The notes below the pieces were generated by a model. That model was given only the letters and a program-made list of their open reading frames with translations, was not told the DNA's origin and ran no database searches. From Bdellovibrionales bacterium (GTDB taxonomy: Bacteria; Bdellovibrionota; Bdellovibrionia; Bdellovibrionales; DASUEL01): DNA of 44,590 nt. The position numbers and the translations under genes are program-made. Positions 1-12,086 of this stretch are shown here, one piece after another; position 1 is the stretch's first letter; the number at the start of each line of letters is the position of its first letter. The stretch lies in NCBI GenBank assembly GCA_050250255.1, contig JBFWOZ010000024.1, forward strand, positions 1 through 44,590, in the 5' to 3' direction.

Positions 1-884
1 TCTGAAATCGACAGTTTCTCTTGGTCAGCACGCGAGACTTCAATGTTTTTTGTCGTGCGACTGCCGTGTCCCGAATAGACCATCTTAACCTGCTTCAGAC
101 CGGCCTTTCTTCTTAGAATGGGAACTGTCGCATGACCGTTTAACTGCCCAAGCAAAGGCTTAAGAACAAAAAACTCGTCTGGATCTACGCGCCCGCCGAC
201 AATGTTTTCACCTAAACCATAAGCGCTATTGACCAAAATCACATTTCTGGCGCCCGACTCAGTGTCGAGTGTAAAAATAACTCCAGACGAAGCCAAATCT
301 GAACGCACCATTTGTTGAACACAAATAGAAAGTCGAACTTTTGAATGTTCAAATCCTTTTGTTGATCTGTAGCTGATCGCTCGATCCGTATAGAGGGAGG
401 CAAAACAGTTGGTACACGCAACCAATAAGTCTTCAGGACCTCTAATATTTAAAAATGTTTCTTGCTGGCCGGCAAAGGAAGCATCGGGAAGATCTTCTGC
501 GGTTGCGGACGACCTTACTGCCACATCCAACTCTTCTACTCCAGATCGTTGACACAATTGTGCATAGGCTTCACGAATTTCATTGGCAACTTCTTTAGGA
601 ATTCCGGTGCGTCGAATAAGTGTTCTTATTTCATGCCCAACTTTTGCCAGTTTACCCGTATCTTTTGTATCCAATCTGGATAACAACGAATAAATTTTGT
701 CTGAGATTTGGTTTTGTAAAATCAGAACTGAAAACGCATCCGCCGCCACAGCAAAGCCTGGCGGGATACGAATTCCCTGAGGCGTGAGGGCCTGGAACAT
801 TTCGCCAAGTGAGGCGTTTTTACCACCTACTAACGGAACATCTTTGATCGAAATCTCTTCGAACCATTTTATAAATTTACTCAT
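1..884 (-). CDS. ppsA: Phosphoenolpyruvate synthase, 5' part (runs off the left edge; missing from ORF track)
   Basis: Manual translation from ATG at 884: MSKFIKWFEEISIKDVPLVGGKNASLGEM...DVAVRSSATAEDLPDASFAGQQETFLN...QQMVRSDLASSGVIFTLDTESG...YGLGENIVGGRVDPDEF; these are hallmark PEP synthase motifs. Confidence 0.95.
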   Translation of the reverse strand, partial: MSKFIKWFEEISIKDVPLVGGKNASLGEMFQALTPQGIRIPPGFAVAADAFSVLILQNQISDKIYSLLSRLDTKDTGKLAKVGHEIRTLIRRTGIPKEVANEIREAYAQLCQRSGVEELDVAVRSSATAEDLPDASFAGQQETFLNIRGPEDLLVACTNCFASLYTDRAISYRSTKGFEHSKVRLSICVQQMVRSDLASSGVIFTLDTESGARNVILVNSAYGLGENIVGGRVDPDEFFVLKPLLGQLNGHATVPILRRKAGLKQVKMVYSGHGSRTTKNIEVSRADQEKLSIS

Positions 885-930
885 AAACAGAGCACCCTGA
901 TTTCCTCCGACATTATTATTCATAGTTTTT

Positions 931-1227
931 CTATCTCAGCTGGAGACGGAGAATTTCCAAAGCTCGCTCCATGAAGCGTGAATTATTGCCTGTCTGTTCT
1001 GACTCTTCTAAGCATTCCTCAAGATATTGTTTCAAAATCACAACTTTTAAACTCGTGAGTCCCGAAATTGCGGCTTGTACTTGCTGCATGACTTGAGGCC
1101 CAGGTCTGTGTTCACTGATCATTTTTTCAACACCAATGAGTTGGCCAACAATTTTGTGAACCCTGACAATCTCGGGTATTTGCTGAGATTCTTTGCTCAA
1201 CTTTAGTTTCTTTTTTTTCACTTTCAT
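931..1227 (-). CDS. CsoR/RcnR-family (metal-sensitive repressor) protein with degenerate ligands
   Basis: RVHKIVGQLIGVEKMI...QVMQQVQAAISGL...LEECL matches the family RLxRIEGQxxGIxxM/QLxAxxxAL pattern. Confidence 0.75.
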   Translation of the reverse strand: MKVKKKKLKLSKESQQIPEIVRVHKIVGQLIGVEKMISEHRPGPQVMQQVQAAISGLTSLKVVILKQYLEECLEESEQTGNNSRFMERALEILRLQLR

Positions 1228-1293
1228 CTTTGTGGCTCCATGCCGTATTGCGAAATTTTATTTCACTTCTCCCAAGAGCAAGAGGCGGGCCAA

Positions 1294-1309
1294 TGGCATG
1301 CTCCCTGCT
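1294..1309 (+). promoter_or_regulatory. Putative sigma54 (-24/-12) promoter of the P-type ATPase operon
   Basis: TGGCATGCTCCCTGCT, GG-N10-GC, about 105 nt upstream of ATG 1414. Confidence 0.5.
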
Positions 1310-1413
1310 AGTATGGAGTAGATACTTATGTAATTGAAGCTGACTTGATATGAGAGCTTTGCGGCGAGACAGCTTGACATGGTGTTGAGACTTTTTGTCA
1401 CGTGGAGATTTTG

Positions 1414-4116
1414 ATGAATACACAACATTATTGGCATTCGAGTCAAGTCACCGAGGTCATCGAAGAACTAGATTCAAATCCTCTGACGGGTTTGTCACAG
1501 AACGAGGCAAAAGATCGGCTCATGCGATTCGGAAGAAACACGCTGCCTGAACCGAAGAAGCGCTCACTGATTTCGATTTTCCTTCATCAATTTTTGAGTC
1601 CGTTAATTTACCTTTTGCTCGTGGCGTCTGGTATCGCATTTTTTATTGGCGAAGCCCGCGATGCGATTGTCATACAAGTGGTGGTTTTTTTGAATGCCGT
1701 CATTGGTGCCTTTCAAGAAGGTCGGGCCGAACAGTCACTGGCGGCACTTCGTAAGCTGTCCAAACTAAAAGCTCACCTCATTCGCGGAGGACGAGAGCAA
1801 GTTATTGAGGCGAGTGAGGTTGTGCCAGGCGATCTCCTCGTACTCAGTTCTGGAGATGCAGTTGCTGCTGATGCACGTCTTGTTGAAGTATCTTCCCTCA
1901 CTGTTGCTGAAGCAGCTTTAACTGGCGAGTCTTTGCCCGTAGCGAAATCCATTGCATTCGTTGATGAAAAGACAGTTCTCGCTGATCGACACAATATGAT
2001 TTACGCCGGAACTCACATTACAGCGGGACGTGGCCTGGCAGTTGTAACGGCCACTGGAGTACGAAATGAAATTGGTAAAATTGCTAGTCTTGCAACTTCG
2101 ACCGTCCCATCGAAAACTCAGCTTGAATTGCGCATAAAACAGTTTGGAAGCTATCTTGTTGTCGCTGCACTGATAGTATTTGGACTTGTCATTGCAATTG
2201 GTCTTTGGCGCGGGATTCCTTTTTCTCAAATCTTTATGATTGCAATCAGTCAAATGGTCTCGCTTGTACCTGAAGGACTTCCGGTTGCGATGACCATCGC
2301 ACTCGCCGTTGGCGTGCAGCGAATGGCCCGACGAGGTACAATTGTGCGAAGACTCGCCGCAGTTGAAACACTGGGGTCCACGACTATTATTTGCAGCGAT
2401 AAGACTGGAACACTTACAAGAAATGAAATGGCAGTTACCGCTATTTATCTACCGTCAAATAAACGAGAAATCACAGCCACGGGAGTTGGCTATGCCCCGG
2501 AAGGATATTTCATAGAGAATGGTTATAAGCTCACCAGCCAACCTGACGAGACTCTTCAAAAACTTTTTGCCGCGAGTGTCCTGTGCAATGATGCTCACCT
2601 TTTAGGTCCCGATGCTTCAAGTTCTCAATGGAGAATTATTGGAGACCCGACAGAGGGAGCGCTCCTAACTATGGCTGCCAAGGGCGGTGTTGACCCAATC
2701 TCTCTTCGAAGAGAATTTCAAAGAAAAGCGGAGTTGCCTTTCAATTCAGATACTAAAATGATGGCAACCCAGCACGACGTAAATAAGAAGAGCGTCGTAT
2801 TTATTAAAGGAGCTCCAGAAACGTTACTAAGATACTGTGGCTCAGTATTTCACGAGGGACGTATTGAGAATTTTGATGAAACGACTCTTGCCGAAGTTAA
2901 AAAAACTTCTGAAAAAATGGCGAATTCGGCTCTCCGATTGTTAGCTATTGGCTTTGTTGAGAATGCTTTTATCGATGGCTCAAAAGGTTTTGAGCCATTT
3001 ACCGGCAAGGTCACTTTAATTGGTTTAATCGGTGAACTTGATCCACCAAGAATAGAAGTGGCAGATTCGATCAGTGAATGTAAAACTGCAGGAATTAAAC
3101 CCGTTATGGTTACCGGTGATCATAAGGCTACCGGGCTCGCCATTGCTCGTGCGCTTGGTATCAGTCGAGATGATGATCTCGCGATTGATGGTCAAGAGCT
3201 TGATTTGCTTTCGGATGCCGATCTTGCAGAAAAAATAAATCGCATCAGCGTTTTTGCGCGCGTTCATCCTTCACAAAAACTACGTATCGTTGAAGCGTAT
3301 CAAAAACGAGGTGAAGTCGTGGCAATGACCGGAGATGGAGTCAACGATGCTCCAGCTCTCGTACGCGCTGATGTTGGAGTCGCTATGGGCATCACAGGAA
3401 CCGAAGTTGCCAAAGAAGCAGCAAAGATCGTGATCACCGATGACAACTTCTCAACTATCGTCACGGCGATTGCAGAAGGTCGGCTTGTTTATCAAAATAT
3501 AAAGAAGCTTATTCTCTTTTTATTTGTGACTTCGATTGATGAAGTCATATTACTTTTTTTGGCATTGATTCTTGGCTACCCTCCTCCGTTAGCGGCTGTT
3601 CAAATCCTATGGATCAATTTGGTGGCAGAAGGCACTTTAACTATCAATCTTATCATGGAGCCACCAGAGGGTGATGAGATGAAGCGAGCACCCATCCCAG
3701 TAACGCAACCATTACTAGATCGTGCTCTTCTATCACGGATTCCGCTCATGGTCATCGCAACCGTAATTTCTACATTCGGATGGTTTGCCTATCGCATTTC
3801 GATGGGAGCTTCTTCGGACACTGTGCAAAGCGAAACCTTTACGCTACTTGTCGTTTGTCAGTGGTTCAATGTACTCAATTGTCGTTCAGCTACACACTCA
3901 GCATTGACCTGGGATATTCTCAAAAATCCTTGGCTCTTGGGTGGACTGATCATTAGCAATCTTCTTCAGATAACCGTCATCTATTGGCCACCGCTGAACC
4001 GATTTTTTCATACAGTACCGATCGATACAGCTCAGTTCTTTGCCATCGGAGCTGTCGCAAGTTTGGTCTTATGGGTAGAGGAGCTTCGAAAATTTATTGT
4101 TAGGAATCAAAGGTAA
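1414..4116 (+). CDS. Cation-transporting P-type ATPase (type II, Ca2+/PacL-like)
   Basis: TGES, PEGL, DKTGTLT, KGAPE, TGDGVNDAPAL motifs; ATG at 1414 follows GGAG (ORF track uses GTG 1402). Confidence 0.95.
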   Translation: MNTQHYWHSSQVTEVIEELDSNPLTGLSQNEAKDRLMRFGRNTLPEPKKRSLISIFLHQFLSPLIYLLLVASGIAFFIGEARDAIVIQVVVFLNAVIGAFQEGRAEQSLAALRKLSKLKAHLIRGGREQVIEASEVVPGDLLVLSSGDAVAADARLVEVSSLTVAEAALTGESLPVAKSIAFVDEKTVLADRHNMIYAGTHITAGRGLAVVTATGVRNEIGKIASLATSTVPSKTQLELRIKQFGSYLVVAALIVFGLVIAIGLWRGIPFSQIFMIAISQMVSLVPEGLPVAMTIALAVGVQRMARRGTIVRRLAAVETLGSTTIICSDKTGTLTRNEMAVTAIYLPSNKREITATGVGYAPEGYFIENGYKLTSQPDETLQKLFAASVLCNDAHLLGPDASSSQWRIIGDPTEGALLTMAAKGGVDPISLRREFQRKAELPFNSDTKMMATQHDVNKKSVVFIKGAPETLLRYCGSVFHEGRIENFDETTLAEVKKTSEKMANSALRLLAIGFVENAFIDGSKGFEPFTGKVTLIGLIGELDPPRIEVADSISECKTAGIKPVMVTGDHKATGLAIARALGISRDDDLAIDGQELDLLSDADLAEKINRISVFARVHPSQKLRIVEAYQKRGEVVAMTGDGVNDAPALVRADVGVAMGITGTEVAKEAAKIVITDDNFSTIVTAIAEGRLVYQNIKKLILFLFVTSIDEVILLFLALILGYPPPLAAVQILWINLVAEGTLTINLIMEPPEGDEMKRAPIPVTQPLLDRALLSRIPLMVIATVISTFGWFAYRISMGASSDTVQSETFTLLVVCQWFNVLNCRSATHSALTWDILKNPWLLGGLIISNLLQITVIYWPPLNRFFHTVPIDTAQFFAIGAVASLVLWVEELRKFIVRNQR

Positions 4117-4128
4117 TGGGGTGCTTGT

Positions 4129-5133
4129 TTGGACATTTTTAATTGGCTAAATAAACAATTTCTTAAAATGGAGTGGTTATCTAACGTTGTGAAGTCTTTT
4201 GTTGAAGACATACTTCACTTAAAAGTTTCTACCCCACTGGGTGGGAGCATTCATTTCTTTATCTATGATGTCATAAAAATTTTTATCTTACTTTCGGTAC
4301 TTATTTTTGTTGTCTCATGGATACAGAGCTATTTCCCACCAGAACGTAGCCGTAAAATTCTGAGCAAGATAGACGGTATTGGCGCAAATGTTGCTGGCGC
4401 TCTATTGGGGACAATCACTCCCTTTTGCTCTTGCTCATCAATTCCTCTGTTTATAGGCTTCACCAACGCTGGGCTACCTGTTGGAGTCACCTTCTCATTT
4501 TTGATTTCTTCACCATTGGTTGATCTAGCTTCAATTATACTGCTAGCGAGTGTGTTTAACTGGTCGATTGCAATAGCTTATACGGTTGTTGGGATAATAC
4601 TTGCCGTCATTGGTGGGACAATAATTAGCAAAGCTAAAATGGAAAAATATATCGAGGAGTTTCTTATAAAGAAGAAAATAATAGAGGGCACTGTTGAAAC
4701 TTTATCTTCAAAAGCTAGATTTCATTTTGCAATCGATCAGGTTAAGGACGTTTTTTCGAGAGTATGGTTGTACGTTCTCATTGGCGTGGGAATAGGTGCA
4801 GGTATTCATAACTGGGTACCTGCACATGTTGTTACAAGCCTATTAGGTGACCAAAACTGGTGGTCAGTGCCGGTTGCAACGGTTCTTGGTATTCCGATGT
4901 ATGCAGACATATTCGGAACGCTGCCAATCGCCGAGGCTCTCGTTAATAAAGGAATAGGCATAGGAACCGTGCTCGCATTTATGATGAGCGTGACAGCACT
5001 GTCGCTCCCGTCATTGATCTTATTAAAGAAGGTCATAAAAATGCCTTTGATTGTGATGTTCACGGCAATAGTAGCTTTTGGAATCATTCTGATCGGATAT
5101 TTATTTAATAACATTTCTTATTTATTTGTATAG
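4129..5133 (+). CDS. ArsP/DUF318-family permease
   Basis: TPFCSCSSIPLF, FLISSPLVD, GIPMYA, TALSLP motifs; multi-TM. Confidence 0.9.
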   Translation: MDIFNWLNKQFLKMEWLSNVVKSFVEDILHLKVSTPLGGSIHFFIYDVIKIFILLSVLIFVVSWIQSYFPPERSRKILSKIDGIGANVAGALLGTITPFCSCSSIPLFIGFTNAGLPVGVTFSFLISSPLVDLASIILLASVFNWSIAIAYTVVGIILAVIGGTIISKAKMEKYIEEFLIKKKIIEGTVETLSSKARFHFAIDQVKDVFSRVWLYVLIGVGIGAGIHNWVPAHVVTSLLGDQNWWSVPVATVLGIPMYADIFGTLPIAEALVNKGIGIGTVLAFMMSVTALSLPSLILLKKVIKMPLIVMFTAIVAFGIILIGYLFNNISYLFV

Positions 5134-5142
5134 GGAGAGCAT

Positions 5143-5373
5143 ATGGAAATCAAAATTCTTGGTACGGGCTGTTCTAAATGTAAAAAACTAGAAGAGCTCA
5201 CTAAGCAAACCGCAGATGAGTTGGGAATTCGGTACAATGTCGAGAAAGTAACAGATATCGAAAAAATTATGGAATATTCCGTCATGTCGACACCAGCACT
5301 GGTTGTTAATGGTGTAGTTAAAGTCTCAGGCAGAGTTCCAAGTGCCGAAGAAATAAAAAGGATGCTTTCCTAG
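5143..5373 (+). CDS. Small redox-active disulfide protein (MTH895/thioredoxin-like)
   Basis: MEIKILGTGCSKC...VMSTPALVVNG; CxxC motif; typical ArsP partner. Confidence 0.92.
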   Translation: MEIKILGTGCSKCKKLEELTKQTADELGIRYNVEKVTDIEKIMEYSVMSTPALVVNGVVKVSGRVPSAEEIKRMLS

Positions 5374-5450
5374 ATAAGATCAGAACTTGTGAGCAAAGGT
5401 ACGTCACCACTACATTATCAGGGATGGTAGTTAGGCAAATGTTTGTTTTT

Positions 5451-5825
5451 CTACTTAAGTGAACCTCCAACCCATCCACCAAAAACTATTGCCCCAATAC
5501 AAAGAACTAGGTTCCCGACGATATTCAAAGTTGCCATTCGAAAATCATCATTTCGAATCAATACGAGTGTTTCGAAGCTAAAAGCAGAAAAAGTGGTGAA
5601 TGAACCCAAGAAACCTACGGCCCCTAAAAGAGTTGCTGCAGGTAATAACTGATGCTCTCGAAAGTACTCGAGCAACCCACCTAACGCAAAACATCCTAAG
5701 ACGTTGACTAACATTGTGGCTGCAGGAAATGGATGGCTTATATAAGAGCGAACTACTTGTGAAATTCCAAATCTTGATATTGCACCTAAAAATCCCCCTA
5801 TCCCGACTAACATAAAACTATACAT
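5451..5825 (-). CDS. crcB: Fluoride efflux channel FluC/CrcB
   Basis: GGFLGAISR, NVLGCF, GFLGSFTTFSAF motifs; 124 aa, 4 TM; fluoride riboswitch upstream. Confidence 0.95.
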   Translation of the reverse strand: MYSFMLVGIGGFLGAISRFGISQVVRSYISHPFPAATMLVNVLGCFALGGLLEYFREHQLLPAATLLGAVGFLGSFTTFSAFSFETLVLIRNDDFRMATLNIVGNLVLCIGAIVFGGWVGGSLK

Positions 5826-5849
5826 ACACTCCTCCTGAAGATTAAGTTT

Positions 5850-5912
5850 CAGTAGGAGTCATCAGCGCGACCTCATTTTGAGCGGCGGTTAAAGGCAGAC
5901 TCCATTGCCTCC
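5850..5912 (-). ncRNA. Fluoride (crcB) riboswitch
   Basis: Minus strand reads GGCAATGGAGTCTGCCTTTAACCGCC...GCTGATGACTCCTAC; P1 GGCA/TGCC and pseudoknot GGAGTC/GACTCC; directly upstream of crcB. Confidence 0.92.
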
Positions 5913-5947
5913 ATTTAATATTGGAAGCAATATTCTTTCTCGTCAAT

Positions 5948-6136
5948 TTACTTCATAGGACAAGTATTAAAGCCAATCACTCTGTATAGAGGACAAACTC
6001 CAATCACACCTGTCAAAAGTGGGACAAGGCCCACTAAGCCCCAGGACGTTTGCGGCCCAATGAAGTATAGACTAAGCACCCCTAAGCCTACCATAATCCG
6101 AAGAATTCTATCTAAATGACCCTCATTTGTTTTCAT
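5948..6136 (-). CDS. DUF2892 (YgaP-like) small membrane protein
   Basis: MKTNEGHLDRILR...GLVPLLTG..GVCPLY..IGFNTC signature. Confidence 0.9.
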   Translation of the reverse strand: MKTNEGHLDRILRIMVGLGVLSLYFIGPQTSWGLVGLVPLLTGVIGVCPLYRVIGFNTCPMK

Positions 6137-6190
6137 AGTTGCTCCTTTCGCATACTAATATTCTTGCTGTAACTTCTAAATCTTTTTTTA

Positions 6191-8503
<2,313 letters not shown>

Positions 8504-8570
8504 CTACATGCCTGAGACAGTTTGTCAGAGCCTGCCGACATACTGGCTCAAGAGATCAAGTTAGACTTGG

Positions 8571-9428
8571 TTAACTAATCGGTATGCGCAAATACCGATT
8601 ACCATTATTTGTGGGCTCGGGAAGATGACCTGCATCGATGTTGACCTGGACCGAAGGTAGGAGCAACTTTGGTGCAGCAAGAGTGCGGTCCCGCTCCGTA
8701 CGAAAATGAACAAATTCTTCGAGAGAAGTCTGTTCTTTTAGCTGAATATTATCTCTCTTCTCCTCCGCAATCGTTGCCATAAATTTCAATGGGCGACCAT
8801 TTGGAAGGTAGTCATGGCAAGTGTAAACTTTTGTGCTCTCAGGAAGTTTGTAGAGCCGGTCATGCACCGAGTGGTAGAGTTCGGCGGCACTCCCTGCAGG
8901 AAAGTCACATCGGCCAGTTCCATAATCAGGCATAAACAAGGCATCACCAACAAATACGTTTCCATCGATGTAGTAGGAAGCGCATGCGGGTGTGTGTCCT
9001 GGAGTAAAAAGCGTCTTGATCTTTAATGAGCCAGCTTGAAACTCTTCACCATCCCTTAAGAGTCGATCAAATTGTGAACCATCGGTTTTAAAGTCTTCAG
9101 GTAGACCAAAAACGCCTTTAAAAATTTCCTGTACTTTCGTGATTTTTTCACCAATTGCAATCTGAGCATTTGGAAATTCTTTTTTAATAATTTGTGAACC
9201 ACTCAAGTGATCCGCATGGGCGTGGGTTTCTAGAATAAAATGGAGCTTGAGTTCTTTAGATCGTATAAATTCAATAACTGTTTTTGCTGACTCTTCGCTC
9301 GTCTTGGACGCCGCCGGATCGTAATCCATCAGAGGATCAATAACAACGGCATCTTTGCTTTCCTCATCCCAAACAACGTAAGTGAGAGTCCAAGTGTCCT
9401 TATCGAAAAATTCTTTAATCTGTGTCAT
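8571..9428 (-). CDS. MBL-fold persulfide dioxygenase (ETHE1/Blh-like)
   Basis: LETHAHADHLS, TPGHTPAC, GDALFMPDYGTGRCDFP, CHDY. Confidence 0.92.
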   Translation of the reverse strand: MTQIKEFFDKDTWTLTYVVWDEESKDAVVIDPLMDYDPAASKTSEESAKTVIEFIRSKELKLHFILETHAHADHLSGSQIIKKEFPNAQIAIGEKITKVQEIFKGVFGLPEDFKTDGSQFDRLLRDGEEFQAGSLKIKTLFTPGHTPACASYYIDGNVFVGDALFMPDYGTGRCDFPAGSAAELYHSVHDRLYKLPESTKVYTCHDYLPNGRPLKFMATIAEEKRDNIQLKEQTSLEEFVHFRTERDRTLAAPKLLLPSVQVNIDAGHLPEPTNNGNRYLRIPIS

Positions 9429-9440
9429 GATATTTCTCCT

Positions 9441-10247
9441 TTATTGAAATGAAATATGACGAAGTTGCTCTATTAAAATGACGGTTCCCATGATGAGCAC
9501 AAACCACCCAAAGGCGGTTTTTAGCTTTGCTTCTTTGATCTTGTGTGCAACCGCAGAGCCAACAACAATTCCTACGGCGGCAATAGTTGCAACTGTCACC
9601 AACAAGGACCAATCAACAGTTATTCCTCGCGAGAGATCTCCGACAAAACCAAGAAGCGATTGGAGGGCTATGATCATAAGTGAGGTTCCAATTGCAACTC
9701 TCATCGTAAGGCCTGCTAAAAGAACAAGTGCCGGAATAATAAGAAAACCGCCTCCTGCTCCCACAAAGCCTGCAATCAGTCCAATCACCAAGCCTTCAAG
9801 AGCTATAAGTGCAACACGCTTCAGCGGGTGCGGCGAGATTGGCTTTCGTTCTTTTTTCTTTTTAATCATTGAGTAAGATGCAGCAATCATCAGGGCGGCG
9901 AAGGTGGCCATGATAAGGATTTCTTTTGTTAGAGTGAGACCGTTGACATCAAGTATCACTTCAGGAAGCTTTGGAATAATAAGACCACGCGATAGAGTTA
10001 CCCCAATCACGCTCGGAATCGCAAATACAAGGCCGACTTTAACATCAATGTCTCCTTTGCGAATGTACATGGCGCTTCCAATGAGAGCCGTAACACCAAC
10101 TACAAATAACGAATAGCCAGTGGCCATTGTTGGCGAAATATTAAACAGATAAACCATGATGGGAACAGTGAGGATCGAACCTCCGCCGCCCATAAGGCCC
10201 AGCGTGATTCCCATTGCTAAACTGGCGATGTATCCGAAAGTTTCCAT
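9441..10247 (-). CDS. Sulfite exporter TauE/SafE family
   Basis: GLMGGGGSILTVP and GAGGGFLIIP repeats, AIGTSL. Confidence 0.92.
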   Translation of the reverse strand: METFGYIASLAMGITLGLMGGGGSILTVPIMVYLFNISPTMATGYSLFVVGVTALIGSAMYIRKGDIDVKVGLVFAIPSVIGVTLSRGLIIPKLPEVILDVNGLTLTKEILIMATFAALMIAASYSMIKKKKERKPISPHPLKRVALIALEGLVIGLIAGFVGAGGGFLIIPALVLLAGLTMRVAIGTSLMIIALQSLLGFVGDLSRGITVDWSLLVTVATIAAVGIVVGSAVAHKIKEAKLKTAFGWFVLIMGTVILIEQLRHISFQ

Positions 10248-10248
10248 T

Positions 10249-10689
10249 TTACTCCCGTAACCTTAAATAAGGTTCTGTTTTTTTAAACAACAGCATTCCG
10301 AAAATCATGGCTCCGACAAAAAGAACTGATCGAATGTCGCCAGAGGCAAGCGATGTCAGCGCTGGCCCTGGGCAAAATCCAGCGAGTCCCCAACCGACTC
10401 CAAAAAGAGCTGAACCCAATATCAGGCGAGTCGTGACATCTTTGCGAGTAGGAATATGCCATTTTGTATCGAGAAGAGGAGAGGATCTACGCTTAATGAG
10501 AGGGTAGCTTATTAAATGAACTCCAACAGCTCCTAGCATAACGAAGAGAAGTGACGGGTCCCAGTTCCATGGATCTAAGAAACCAATAACTTTTTGTGGT
10601 TGGGTCATACCTGAGACGGCGAGACCGACTGCAAACAGAAAACCGACTACGAATGAAACAGCATTTTGCTTAGCAAAGTTCGATTTCAT
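10249..10689 (-). CDS. YeeE/YedE-type sulfur transporter subunit
   Basis: LAVSGMTQPQKVIGFLD, WDPSL, GWGLAGFCPGP; start at MKSNF (10689). Confidence 0.9.
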   Translation of the reverse strand: MKSNFAKQNAVSFVVGFLFAVGLAVSGMTQPQKVIGFLDPWNWDPSLLFVMLGAVGVHLISYPLIKRRSSPLLDTKWHIPTRKDVTTRLILGSALFGVGWGLAGFCPGPALTSLASGDIRSVLFVGAMIFGMLLFKKTEPYLRLRE

Positions 10690-10690
10690 A

Positions 10691-11116
10691 TTACCCTCCC
10701 AAGAAGTAACGTACGGCTTGTACGGCAAGAAATCCGAAAAACATAAAAACAATCGTTGCAATTACAGATCTTACTGAAAATCGACTAATCCCACAGACCC
10801 CATGGCCACTCGTGCATCCACTTCCCATCACAGTGCCATAGCCAACTAGAATTCCGGCAACTATTACCAATCCCAAGCCTCTGCCTGAGAGGTTTGCAAA
10901 AAAAACTGGACGCAGTCCATACATGAGAAGGCCGCCGACTATTATTCCAGCTAGAAACATCCAACGCCAAAGCCCCTCTTTACTTGGCTTTGAAAGAGAT
11001 GAGGCAATGATACCGCTGATGCCCGTAACTCTACCATTGAAGAGCAGCATTAACGTTACAGCGACACCTATGAGAGCGCCGCCAGAAAGAGAATAGAGTG
11101 TTGAGCTGAAATCCAT
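10691..11116 (-). CDS. YeeE/YedE-type sulfur transporter subunit
   Basis: GRVTGISGI, GSGCTSGHGVCG motif. Confidence 0.92.
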   Translation of the reverse strand: MDFSSTLYSLSGGALIGVAVTLMLLFNGRVTGISGIIASSLSKPSKEGLWRWMFLAGIIVGGLLMYGLRPVFFANLSGRGLGLVIVAGILVGYGTVMGSGCTSGHGVCGISRFSVRSVIATIVFMFFGFLAVQAVRYFLGG

Positions 11117-11127
11117 CGAATAACTCC

Positions 11128-11487
11128 TTACTTTCGTCTTTCAACCGGATAGTTTCGCTCGTTCCACAGAAGCATGCCGCCTTGGAGATTTACACACTTT
11201 GAAAAACCAAGTGAGCGACCCTGCAAAGTGGCTCGACCTGACCTCGCCCCGCTTCGGCAAACGAAAACAATTTCATCGTCTTTGTCGTGAGCACTAAAAA
11301 AGGCGTCTAAGTCGGGGCCAAGTGTGATGAGCTTTGCTCCATAAATGTGCGAGAGCTCGCCATCAAATTCCTCAGGCCGACGGACGTCTATAAGAGTGAC
11401 TTTGCCAATATGGCCTTTCAATTCATCCGGAGTGATCTCTGGCACGTCATCAACGATTACTGGATTAAAAATTTGTTTGATTCCCAC
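11128..11487 (-). CDS. Single-domain rhodanese
   Basis: LIDVRRPEEF, active-site loop CRSGARS, NLQGGMLLW. Confidence 0.92.
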   Translation of the reverse strand: MGIKQIFNPVIVDDVPEITPDELKGHIGKVTLIDVRRPEEFDGELSHIYGAKLITLGPDLDAFFSAHDKDDEIVFVCRSGARSGRATLQGRSLGFSKCVNLQGGMLLWNERNYPVERRK

Positions 11488-11540
11488 AATTAAGCTCCTA
11501 TTTTCTTGCTCATTAATTTAATATATTATAATATCATAAT

Positions 11541-11855
11541 ATGAAAAGTCAAGGTAAAGCAAAAACATTGGCTCATTTGAGACGACAAAGCGAAGGGGTT
11601 GCTGCGTTACTCAAGCAGCTCTCACATCCCCAACGATTGTTTATCCTTTGCAGCTTGGCGGAGGGCGAAAAATCAGTGGGCGAAATCGAAAAGATCTGTG
11701 GAGCATCACAATCCGCTGTATCTCAATTTTTAAAAGGAATGCGCCTAGAGAGACTGATTGAATCACGCCGTGAAGGTAAGCAAGTTTTTTATAAAATCGT
11801 GGATAAACGAGTTTTGGAATTGATTCGGTCTCTCTATCACATCTTTTGTCGATAG
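11541..11855 (+). CDS. ArsR/SmtB regulator, BigR/SqrR-like persulfide sensor
   Basis: LSHPQRLFILC...SQSAVSQFL...YHIFC; Cys in helix 2 and at the C-terminus; divergent from the sulfur operon. Confidence 0.85.
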   Translation: MKSQGKAKTLAHLRRQSEGVAALLKQLSHPQRLFILCSLAEGEKSVGEIEKICGASQSAVSQFLKGMRLERLIESRREGKQVFYKIVDKRVLELIRSLYHIFCR

Positions 11856-12086
11856 ATTTAGTTGTGAATTTGAAGTGCCTTGAGGCAGGCTGGCACCTGC
11901 ATCCCATAGGCACAACATTGTTATGTTGTCCAAAACAGACTTTCTCTTCTCTCCGCCTTCCTTCCGCTCTTCTCTTCCGCCCCCCCTCCCTATCTCTGTG
12001 TATATAATTCATGTACCAATTCTGCCTGGTACACTTTGTACCAAATATCGTAGCGCTAAAGAAGCGCCACAGATATATTCCGCAAC

